This document shows, piece after piece, positions 56,271 to 64,000 of a stretch of 64,000 bases of DNA. Source of the DNA: an uncultured Candidatus Saccharibacteria bacterium (GTDB lineage: Bacteria > Patescibacteriota > Minisyncoccia > Phycocordibacterales > CSBR16-119); assembly GCA_964557535.1 (NCBI GenBank), contig CAZLAD010000002.1, positions 85,560-149,559 on the forward strand, given 5' to 3'. The position numbers and the translations under genes were made by a program. How positions within the stretch are numbered: position 1 is the stretch's first letter; every line of letters starts with the position of its first letter. Under the pieces are notes generated by a model. That model was not told the origin of the DNA. It was given only the letters and a program-made list of their open reading frames with translations, and did not search any database.

Positions 56271-56298
56271 GAACCCCGGCTAGTCCGGGGTTTTCTTC
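56271..56298 (+). terminator. terminator GAACCCCGGCUAGUCCGGGGUUUUCUUCU
   Basis: After the two-gene cassette, before nusA. Confidence 0.8.
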
Positions 56299-56437
56299 TA
56301 CTCATTTGACGAAAATCCTGTTTTCGTTTATTATTAGTACGTTATTGTCCTGGCTCGCGCCGGGATTTATTGTTAAAAGAGGCATTACAATTAAATAAGC
56401 TAAGGGCCAATGGCTAAAAGCTAACGGCTCAAAACAT

Positions 56438-57697
56438 ATGTTAGACCTAAAAACATTAAAATCCGCCCTGCTCCAACTCGAAGAAGAGCGAAAAATCCCA
56501 AGAGATAAAATCATCGACGCCATCGAGCAGTCTTTGGCGGCGGCGTACAAGAAAGATTACGGCAAGAAAGGCCAAATCATCCGCGTCAAACTCGACCTTG
56601 ATTCCGGCGCCCAAGAATTCTACCAAGTCAAAATCGTCGTCGATGAATCAACAGTTAGATTTCTAGCCGAAGGCGAAGAAGCTGATTTTGGCGATGACGA
56701 GAAACGCCCAAGCCGATTTGAACCGGTCGTTGAAAAAAATCCAAACGAGCCTGAACCACTCCCTGTTTTCAACCCAGAAAAGCACATGCTCATCGAAGAC
56801 GCCAAGAAAATCAAAAAGAACGTGGAACTTGGCGAAGAAATGATCTTCCCCCTCGAACTCAAAGACGACTTCGGACGCATCGCCGCTCAAACAGCCAAAC
56901 AAGTTATCATTCAAAGAATTCGTGAAGCTGAACGTGGCGCGGTCATGGAAGAATACGGCGACAAAGCCGAAGAAATAGTTTCCGGTGTTGTTCAAAAAGT
57001 TGAACGCGGGGTAATCTTTGTCGACTTCAACCGCGCAACCGGTGTGCTGGGCCGAGAAGAGCAAATCTTCGGCGAACGATTCATGCCGGGCCAGCGCATT
57101 CGCGCATACTTGATGGCCGTCGAAGAAACACCTCGCGGAGTAAATTTGGAACTTTCGAGATCTCACCCACGATTCCTCGAAGGTTTATTTGCAATTGAGT
57201 CTCCAGAAATAGCAAACGGTGTCGTCGAGATCAAGGCCATCGCTCGCGAAGCAGGGTCCCGATCGAAAATGGCGGTAAGTTCAAACGACAACAACATCGA
57301 TCCAATCGGTGCTTGTGTCGGTCAGAAAGGCTCACGCGTCACAACTGTCATGAATGAACTTGGTGGCGAGAAAATCGATATTATCGAATGGAGTGACAAC
57401 CCGACGGAATTTGTCGCGGCCTCACTTTCTCCTGCTAAAATCCAAAACATTGAACTAAACGAAGAAGAAAAAATTGCTACTATTACCGTTGCAAATGATC
57501 AGCTTTCACTTGCTATCGGCAAGGGCGGACAAAACGTTCGCTTGGCTGCAAAACTAACCGGCTGGAGAATCGATATCAAAAGCGATGAACCAGAACCGGT
57601 AGAAGAAGAAACTGTCGAACCATCTCCAGAAGAAGTTGTGGCAGAATCAGTAGAGGAAACTCCTAGCGCCGAAACGCCTGACAAGTCAGATGAATAA
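56438..57697 (+). CDS. nusA: transcription termination/antitermination factor NusA
   Basis: N-terminal domain, S1, two KH domains, acidic C-terminal tail. 419 aa. Confidence 0.9.
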   Translation: MLDLKTLKSALLQLEEERKIPRDKIIDAIEQSLAAAYKKDYGKKGQIIRVKLDLDSGAQEFYQVKIVVDESTVRFLAEGEEADFGDDEKRPSRFEPVVEKNPNEPEPLPVFNPEKHMLIEDAKKIKKNVELGEEMIFPLELKDDFGRIAAQTAKQVIIQRIREAERGAVMEEYGDKAEEIVSGVVQKVERGVIFVDFNRATGVLGREEQIFGERFMPGQRIRAYLMAVEETPRGVNLELSRSHPRFLEGLFAIESPEIANGVVEIKAIAREAGSRSKMAVSSNDNNIDPIGACVGQKGSRVTTVMNELGGEKIDIIEWSDNPTEFVAASLSPAKIQNIELNEEEKIATITVANDQLSLAIGKGGQNVRLAAKLTGWRIDIKSDEPEPVEEETVEPSPEEVVAESVEETPSAETPDKSDE

Positions 57698-57720
57698 TTA
57701 TAATTTTTAATCAAAAAATT

Positions 57721-58305
57721 ATGGCAAACATAAACGAAAAACCATCTAAATTCATGTACAACCTTCTTCACGTTCTTCCACCGTTTGTGGACGAGGCGAA
57801 AGGAATAGTAAACACAATTGTTGAAGTTTCTGCGGGAAGCATAAATAAATACGAACTAATTACCGAAAGCGGCCAACTAAAACTTGATCGTGTCGGATAT
57901 TCTTCCTTAGCATATCCATTTACCTATGGAGCAATTCCAGCAACCTGGGACTTCGATGGTGACCCGCTAGACGTTGAGATTGTAAACATTACCGAGCCTC
58001 TTGTTCCGGGATCTCTGGTAGAAATTCGAGTCATCGGAGTTATGAAATTCGTTGACGGAGGCGAAGTCGATGACAAAATTATCGCAGTTTTAAATAACGA
58101 TAAACGTTCTGACCACATCAAAAGCTACAAAGATTTGGGTGAGTACTGGGAAAAAGAGACGAAATACTATTGGGAGAACTACAAGGCCATGAAGAAGCCT
58201 GGCACGGGAGTAGTCGAGACTTTCCACGGACCAGAGGAAGCTATAAAAGTAATAAAAGAATGCGCGGAAAGATATCAAAAAGATTACGCGCCTAAACTTT
58301 CTTAA
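57721..58305 (+). CDS. ppa: inorganic pyrophosphatase (family I)
   Basis: DGDPLDV metal-binding motif. 194 aa. Confidence 0.88.
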   Translation: MANINEKPSKFMYNLLHVLPPFVDEAKGIVNTIVEVSAGSINKYELITESGQLKLDRVGYSSLAYPFTYGAIPATWDFDGDPLDVEIVNITEPLVPGSLVEIRVIGVMKFVDGGEVDDKIIAVLNNDKRSDHIKSYKDLGEYWEKETKYYWENYKAMKKPGTGVVETFHGPEEAIKVIKECAERYQKDYAPKLS

Positions 58306-58306
58306 A

Positions 58307-59326
58307 ATGAGCATCGAAATAAAAAAACTAGAAAAATCATTGGTGGAAATAAAAGGCGAAATTGACGCCGTGGAGCTCGAAAGTTTCCGCGCGACGGCTT
58401 TGAAAAAGCTTGGCGAATCTGTCGAAATTGATGGTTTCAGAAAGGGTCATGTACCGGCAAATATCCTAGAGCAAAAGCTTCCGGAAATGGCGATTTTGGA
58501 AGAAATGTCGCAAATGGCCTTGTCAAAAAATTACGGCAAAATCCTGATCGATAACAAAATCGATGCTATTGGCTATCCGAAAATAAATATTACGAAACTC
58601 GCCAAAGGCAATCCTCTCGGTTTTACTATCACTGTTGCCACACTTCCGGAAATAAAACTTCCCGACTACAAATCTCTCGCGAAAAAAGCGAATTCAAAAG
58701 AAGAAAAAGTCGAAGTGACTGACGAAGAATTCGAAGCTATCATCAAACAAGCCAAGATAATCCGCGCCAAAGAAGCGGTCAAGGGTGGCGAAATTGATGA
58801 GAATGCCCTACCGGAGCTCGATGACGAATATGTGAAAACTCTAGGTGGTTTTGAAAACCTAGAAGACTTCAACAAGAAAATTCGCGAAAATGTTCTCGCA
58901 GAAAAAGAGATGCGGGCCAAAGACAAGAAACGTTTAGAAATCATCGAGGCAATTATTTCTGAAACAAATCTCGAGGTTCCGGAAGTTCTCATTGATTCCG
59001 AAGTCCACAAAATGATTCATAAGATGAGAAATGATATCGAAGCCATGGGACTAAAATATGATGACTATCTGAAAACCCTAAACAAAACAGAAGCCGATCT
59101 TCACAAAGACTTCGAAAAAGACGCCGAGAAGCGTGCCAAGCTCCAACTCATCGTCGGCGAAATCGCCAAAGCTGAGAAAATCGAAGCACCAAAAGAAGCC
59201 GTGGAAGCCGAGGTAAAAAAAGTTACTGAAATTTACAAAGACGTAAGCCCTGAAAATGCCCGTGCCTATATCGAATCAGTCCTCCAGAACGAAGAAGTCT
59301 TCAAATTCCTCGAAGCCCAAAAATAG
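58307..59326 (+). CDS. tig: trigger factor (short form)
   Basis: N-terminal ribosome-binding GFRKGHVP signature. 339 aa. Position upstream of clpP. Confidence 0.8.
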   Translation: MSIEIKKLEKSLVEIKGEIDAVELESFRATALKKLGESVEIDGFRKGHVPANILEQKLPEMAILEEMSQMALSKNYGKILIDNKIDAIGYPKINITKLAKGNPLGFTITVATLPEIKLPDYKSLAKKANSKEEKVEVTDEEFEAIIKQAKIIRAKEAVKGGEIDENALPELDDEYVKTLGGFENLEDFNKKIRENVLAEKEMRAKDKKRLEIIEAIISETNLEVPEVLIDSEVHKMIHKMRNDIEAMGLKYDDYLKTLNKTEADLHKDFEKDAEKRAKLQLIVGEIAKAEKIEAPKEAVEAEVKKVTEIYKDVSPENARAYIESVLQNEEVFKFLEAQK

Positions 59327-59384
59327 TGTAGAATCAATCCATTACAAGCTAACTGCTAAAAGCTAACAACTAATAGCTCCAAAA

Positions 59385-59975
59385 ATGTTAATCCCAACCG
59401 TAATCGAAAAATCTTCATTCGGCGAAAGAGCCTACGACATTTATTCCAGACTTTTACGTGAACGAATCATCTTTGTCACGGGAGAAATAAATGATCAAAT
59501 GGCCAACACTGTCGTTGCTCAATTACTATTTCTTGAATCCGAAGATCCGAAAAAAGACATTAGTCTATACGTCAACTCCCCGGGGGGATCGGTCTCGGCT
59601 GGTATGGCAATCGTTGATACGATGAACCACATCAAACCGGAAGTTTCGACCATCTGCGTCGGTATTGCAGCCTCGATGGGCGCCTGGATCCTCTCTCAGG
59701 GCCAAAAAGGTAAAAGATTTGTCCTACCAAATGCTGAAGTGTTGATTCATCAACCACTTGGCGGAGTTTCTGGTCAAGCATCTGACATACTCATCACTGC
59801 CGAAAATATCATCAAAATCAAAAACAAGATGGCGAAAATGCTTGCAGACGCAACCGGTCAAAAAGTAGAAAAAATAATAAAAGATGTCGATCGCGATTTT
59901 TGGATGGACGCCGATGAAGCCAAAAAATACGGAATTGTCGACAAAATAATGACCAAACCGCCTTCAAAGAAATAA
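59385..59975 (+). CDS. clpP: ATP-dependent Clp protease proteolytic subunit
   Basis: Ser-His-Asp triad context ([15 protein letters not shown]). 196 aa. Confidence 0.93.
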   Translation: MLIPTVIEKSSFGERAYDIYSRLLRERIIFVTGEINDQMANTVVAQLLFLESEDPKKDISLYVNSPGGSVSAGMAIVDTMNHIKPEVSTICVGIAASMGAWILSQGQKGKRFVLPNAEVLIHQPLGGVSGQASDILITAENIIKIKNKMAKMLADATGQKVEKIIKDVDRDFWMDADEAKKYGIVDKIMTKPPSKK

Positions 59976-60011
59976 GCGGAACAAAACATAATTTAAAAAG
60001 ACAATACGGAG

Positions 60012-60090
60012 AAAGGTCTGCCTTTTGAAGGACAGACCTTTCGAGTCTTTAGCGGCTCGCTGTTTACAAGCGAGAACGCGTGTCTTTTTT
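60012..60090 (+). terminator. clpP 3' hairpin cluster ending in ACGCGUGUCUUUUUU
   Basis: Hairpin AAAGGUCUGCC-UUUUGAA-GGACAGACCUUU (60012-60040), also found at 5170-5200. A second hairpin and a U-tract follow. Confidence 0.6.
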
Positions 60091-60109
60091 AATTATGTTT
60101 TGCGGAGCG

Positions 60110-61735
60110 CTACCTACTCAAGTCAAATCCCCACAAGATACCGTCCTTTTTGTTTATGAAGCCGAGATAATCTTCGGAAGCATTTAATTGCAAGTTTGTG
60201 GCATCAATATAAGCTTTGTCCTTGGAGATAAAATCATAAATAATATTGCCGGTCATGTCTGTGGCATTTATTGTCCACAAAACATCATTGAAACTAATTT
60301 TACCTTTGTACCAATCATCCGGATAAAGAGCATTGGCCATGCTCGTGGCTGCAGCACAGTAAATTTTCTTGGAGTCTTTTGTCCAAACGCACTTTTCTGG
60401 CAGAGTCGATGGCGATATAGAAGTCTTTTTGCCAGAAGCAGTCTCTAAAATAAAAGTCGATAGGCTGTTTTTTGCATACACAGAATACAAAATCTTTTTA
60501 CCGTCAGGACTTGAAAGTGTAGTAAGCCCATTTTCGCCACCTAAATTTTTCGCAAATGTTCCACTTGGATTACCGAGAGTATATGAGTAACCGAGGGCGC
60601 GTCCCGAAGCTTTGGTCGTGAGATTAATTTTTGCATTATTTGCAAAATCCGCTATCCACTCTGTTATAGGACTCGTGAAAATTTGTTTCTTGGCCTTTGT
60701 GGCAAAATTATAAGTAAAACCACTAACTCCTCCAGAGACCGGACCCAGATAAAAGAAATTCTTTTTGTCTCGAGACAAAGCGACAGTCTTTATGTTTTCT
60801 GGTAAATAATCCCCGTTGACCTCGGCAACTTTCGGCACAGCGTCACGCTCTTCTTTGGTTAGATTTGGATCGATTTTAGGAAAAGTAAGTTTGGCAACAT
60901 AAGTCTCTATTTTTCTATCTTTCAAATATCGAAAAACAACATTTGTAGCCGTATCATCAAAAAAGGCTTCGACGACAGACGGTATGGTTTTGTTTGAGCG
61001 AACGATTGGTTGTTCTTTCTTCCTTGTAGCATTATCAAAAACAGTTCCAGAAACAGCATCTACAAATCTAGCCACCAACACACTTTCGGTCTTTGGAGCT
61101 TTTTTAACCTGAGTGAAATTTGTAATTCCTTGGAAAGAGTTTAGTTTGCCGTAGGTTTTCGGACCAATAACCCCATCCCCCGTCAAGCCATTTTTGTTTT
61201 GGAAATCAACGACGGCGTTTTTCATATCGGTGTCGTAATTGTTATCAACGATAAGCCCCGGGGTTGGAGTCTGTCTATTTAGAACTGTCTTGATCGCCAC
61301 AACCTCATCGGCCTTGTCACCAAAGTTAATCGTTTTATATCCAGAAAAATCAAAAACTTCGACAATGTTTGTTTCTGGTGTATTTGAATCAACTTCTGGA
61401 AGTTCGCGTTCTTCACTAATAAATGTAAATCCAGCAACAGGCGCAGAAGAAAGCGGTTTCAAAACAGGATTATCTTCTATGATAACGACGGTGGTGCTTG
61501 GAATCGGACTTTCTGGATTATTTTGATTTGAGGATGATGTTTCGGATTTCGGTTTGTCTTTGCCATTCAGATCATTCTCCCCCGAACTCGTGCCAAATGG
61601 ATCTTCAATACCCGTCGAAGTTGGAGTGTTTCGGATTTTTTTATTTTGAGCATCCTGAACAACGATCCAGGTAAAAATTATTACCAAGAAAAGTGCAACG
61701 AAACCCAGGATTTTAAATAATTTCTTGTTTTGCAT
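60110..61735 (-). CDS. membrane-anchored extracellular protein with peptidoglycan-binding domain and beta-propeller-like C-terminal region
   Basis: N-terminal TM, PG_binding_1-like AVVDFQNKNGLTGDGVIGPKTYGKL. 541 aa. Confidence 0.6.
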   Translation of the reverse strand: MQNKKLFKILGFVALFLVIIFTWIVVQDAQNKKIRNTPTSTGIEDPFGTSSGENDLNGKDKPKSETSSSNQNNPESPIPSTTVVIIEDNPVLKPLSSAPVAGFTFISEERELPEVDSNTPETNIVEVFDFSGYKTINFGDKADEVVAIKTVLNRQTPTPGLIVDNNYDTDMKNAVVDFQNKNGLTGDGVIGPKTYGKLNSFQGITNFTQVKKAPKTESVLVARFVDAVSGTVFDNATRKKEQPIVRSNKTIPSVVEAFFDDTATNVVFRYLKDRKIETYVAKLTFPKIDPNLTKEERDAVPKVAEVNGDYLPENIKTVALSRDKKNFFYLGPVSGGVSGFTYNFATKAKKQIFTSPITEWIADFANNAKINLTTKASGRALGYSYTLGNPSGTFAKNLGGENGLTTLSSPDGKKILYSVYAKNSLSTFILETASGKKTSISPSTLPEKCVWTKDSKKIYCAAATSMANALYPDDWYKGKISFNDVLWTINATDMTGNIIYDFISKDKAYIDATNLQLNASEDYLGFINKKDGILWGFDLSR

Positions 61736-61737
61736 AA

Positions 61738-63258
61738 TTATTGTGTAACTATAGCATTTCCCCCCTCACTTGTAGGATACTTACTAAAGTGCATTGCGTC
61801 TTTCAAAGTGGCCCAGCCTCCTCCCCAACCCCAACCCTGTTCCGTCCACATTTGTACAAAGGCTGGTGGCATATCTGTAGTAAGTTGATTTTGACTAGGT
61901 GGACTAAATGGATTTTGTGCTGGATTTATATCTACAGCAACACCGAAAGCATGGGCCGACCAAGTATTTGTCCCTTTGACTTTTCTACAATTATAACCGC
62001 CGATGCTTTTTATTTCGTAAAAATCTTGTCCGCCAGCGTTAACCCACTGAGCGTTGACTGCCTGAATACTACTCACCAAACCTTCATAGATTTTAAATGT
62101 CTTACCAAAAGCGGTAACTTGTTCCATTTTTGTTTGATCACAAGCGGCTAGAGTTGTAGTAGTCCCGTCGACTAAGTTTAGTGTTATTGTCTCACCCACC
62201 GCACCCGTACCGATACCAGTTTCTGGTTCACTTGCGGGGTTAATATAAACGACCGGTATATTTATTCCCAAATTCGCAGCTAGGTTTGGATTGATTGTGT
62301 TTAAAATAATCCACGCACCGAGAGCAAGCACTAGACCCAAAACCGCATTCAACATCATTTCCTTGCCCGAACTTTTACCACCAATAGCGTCTGTGGACAT
62401 GTACGTGATCGCCCCAACAACAATCATGATAAACGCGAGTATCCCAGCCACAACGATAAGTAGTGTGAAAAAACCTCGAATGAAATTACCGAGCGCTGAA
62501 CATGGCGGATTTTCGCAGGTATTCGAAAATCCGGGCAATTGGACCAGAGGAAAGGTTTGTGGATCAAAAGTGGTGCTTATGGGAGCAGAATTGAATTGAT
62601 CCAAAGAATGAGAAAATCCGTATGGAAAGATTCCATTCTCACTTCCGGGCATGTTGTTACTTTCGTCTTCCATAACTCTAACCCACGCTGGAGGAGAACC
62701 ATCGCATACTACCCCGAGAAAACCATCTTCACAATCATAGGTCAACATTGCCCCTGAAACATAATAGGCATCCGATGAAGACACGAGCGCTATTGTCGAA
62801 TAATAAGACGAATCAAAATCTCCACCAGGAACGACCAAGTGGAAATAGAATTGGCAATCCCATCCACTATAATCAGTTAAACACCCCTCTGTAGTGGCTT
62901 TGTAAATTAAAGTAAAATCATTTTGCAAAACAGTGATTGGGTCTCCATCTGCCACATCAATGTCCGGATCTGGAATAAGCCCAAACTGAGTATAAAAATT
63001 GTAACTTCTTATAGTAATCTCTATTGCTTGATCGATACAATTTTGTGTCTTAATATCTACATAGACAAGCGGCTCATTGCCAGGATAAGTAAAATCATCC
63101 GCAGGCATATCAGCATTGGTGCGCCACTTAGCAGCAACAACTTCACACTCGCCCGTCTGTGCCGAAACCGGCTCTGAAAAACTACAGAATAAAAAAACAA
63201 CGGTAACAAGCAAGGATACTATTAGAAATGTCGTTTTTTTGTTCTGAAATATCTTCAT
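61738..63258 (-). CDS. secreted Cys-rich protein with two TM helices and C-terminal LAS/M15-type peptidase-like motif
   Basis: Signal peptide. Hydrophobic hairpin GFFTLLIVVAGILAFIMIVVGAI...AVLGLVLALGAWIIL. C-terminal SAHAFGVAVDI (SxHxxGxAxD) and DAMHF motifs. Confidence 0.55.
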   Translation of the reverse strand: MKIFQNKKTTFLIVSLLVTVVFLFCSFSEPVSAQTGECEVVAAKWRTNADMPADDFTYPGNEPLVYVDIKTQNCIDQAIEITIRSYNFYTQFGLIPDPDIDVADGDPITVLQNDFTLIYKATTEGCLTDYSGWDCQFYFHLVVPGGDFDSSYYSTIALVSSSDAYYVSGAMLTYDCEDGFLGVVCDGSPPAWVRVMEDESNNMPGSENGIFPYGFSHSLDQFNSAPISTTFDPQTFPLVQLPGFSNTCENPPCSALGNFIRGFFTLLIVVAGILAFIMIVVGAITYMSTDAIGGKSSGKEMMLNAVLGLVLALGAWIILNTINPNLAANLGINIPVVYINPASEPETGIGTGAVGETITLNLVDGTTTTLAACDQTKMEQVTAFGKTFKIYEGLVSSIQAVNAQWVNAGGQDFYEIKSIGGYNCRKVKGTNTWSAHAFGVAVDINPAQNPFSPPSQNQLTTDMPPAFVQMWTEQGWGWGGGWATLKDAMHFSKYPTSEGGNAIVTQ

Positions 63259-63262
63259 AAGA

Positions 63263-63949
63263 TTATTGAACGTTTAATTTCAAAGATTCAGTAAATTTAC
63301 GAAATAGCTTTTTTTCTTCGTTGTATTCTAGAGAAACATTTATGACACCCGGCTTGTCTGTAATTACCCCCAGAGTATTTTTATCTCCTGCGCTCGCTGG
63401 CTGATTATTTAACCGCCAATTCATCACTATACTATTGCCTGTATACCAATCTTTGGCTAGAAAGTACGGTTCTGCGACCAAAGTAATTCTTGGTTGTTTT
63501 ATTGAAGTGTTTCCTGTAAAGGCTTTGGAATAATTTGGGGCGCCACGTAATTGATTGTACTCGTAAAAGACGATTTCTGGCTCGAACAGAGGAACGACGA
63601 TTGAGGCTTTGGCTGTTTTCTCGCTACTTGCCACAGACACGTCTATTTGATTGTTTCTATCTAAAATCTGATTACCAAAAATCATAGAGTTTTTACCAAA
63701 CCCTGATTGCGGAGCCAAATTTTTACCGTCTTTGGTCCAAGTATAGACGAAATTTTTGGCCGAGATGTTTATGCCCTTGCCATCTTTAACATTTGGAATA
63801 GCCGACACCCTAATAATTCCCTGTTTTATGGGCAGAGTCTTACCACGATAAAATGGCGGAGTATAACCATCGACTGATTCCCATATCAAATCAATTTCTC
63901 CGTCAAATTTAATGGTTTGTGTTTTCTCTACTTTGGTTCCATTTGCCAT
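63263..63949 (-). CDS. hypothetical beta-rich secreted protein (possibly N-terminally truncated by the window end)
   Basis: ORF-track protein. No domain recognised. Confidence 0.4.
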   Translation of the reverse strand: MANGTKVEKTQTIKFDGEIDLIWESVDGYTPPFYRGKTLPIKQGIIRVSAIPNVKDGKGINISAKNFVYTWTKDGKNLAPQSGFGKNSMIFGNQILDRNNQIDVSVASSEKTAKASIVVPLFEPEIVFYEYNQLRGAPNYSKAFTGNTSIKQPRITLVAEPYFLAKDWYTGNSIVMNWRLNNQPASAGDKNTLGVITDKPGVINVSLEYNEEKKLFRKFTESLKLNVQ

Positions 63950-64000
63950 AGTAACAACGACGAGTACTTGTTTCGACCCGCCAACAGGTGGAGCCGTAAA

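Overview
This 64-kb window looks like a compact, low-GC (about 40%) bacterial chromosome segment. Its gene content resembles CPR/Patescibacteria, but that placement is an inference, not something searched. Almost every gene is on the minus strand.

Main blocks:
- 48-5057: glmS, a winged-helix/Cas2-like fusion gene bracketed by long palindromes, and ligA.
- 5381-17036: a complete type IV pilus cluster with no secretin gene, carrying pilM, pilN, pilO, pilB, pilT, pilC, a major pilin, pilD and three pseudopilins. A divergent comFC follows.
- 17938-18269: tRNA-Ser(GCU) and a second Ser-like tRNA whose anticodon reads ACU.
- 18660-24455: a SWIB-domain protein, a histidine kinase overlapping a cell-wall amidase gene, a stand-alone receiver gene, and recG.
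- 24495-25936: an AT-rich 407-aa orphan gene lying between the recG terminator and a tRNA-Ile(UAU).
- 25980-31678: ftsH, smpB plus tmRNA, truB, an EamA-like transporter and efp.
- 31789-33481: a GC-rich (about 55%) block with purA and a small orphan ORF.
- 33628-47614: the secY, spc, S10 and tuf ribosomal-protein cluster. It carries two unusual insertions. An opposite-strand, high-GC lipoprotein cassette sits between rplB and rpsS. A 132-aa orphan plus about 600 nt of structured noncoding DNA sits between rplE and rpsN.
- 47888-59975: infC-rpmI-rplT, recJ, a HIT-family protein, pgk-tpiA, a two-gene high-GC cassette, then nusA, ppa, tig and clpP.
- 60110-63949: genes for secreted cell-wall-associated proteins.

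The most interesting signals are non-coding:
- A recurring 5'-leader motif sits in front of pilN, the receiver gene, secY and pilT. It is a 12-nt inverted pair, CCCGTTAGAGAT and ATCTCTAACGGG, that can close the leader and ends directly at the start codon. The secY copy carries three compensatory base-pair changes.
- There are several families of GC-rich hairpin or palindromic repeats, including a MITE-like element with perfect 27-bp terminal repeats.
- The high-GC orphan genes, purA among them, look horizontally acquired.

I found no CRISPR array, integrase or transposase.
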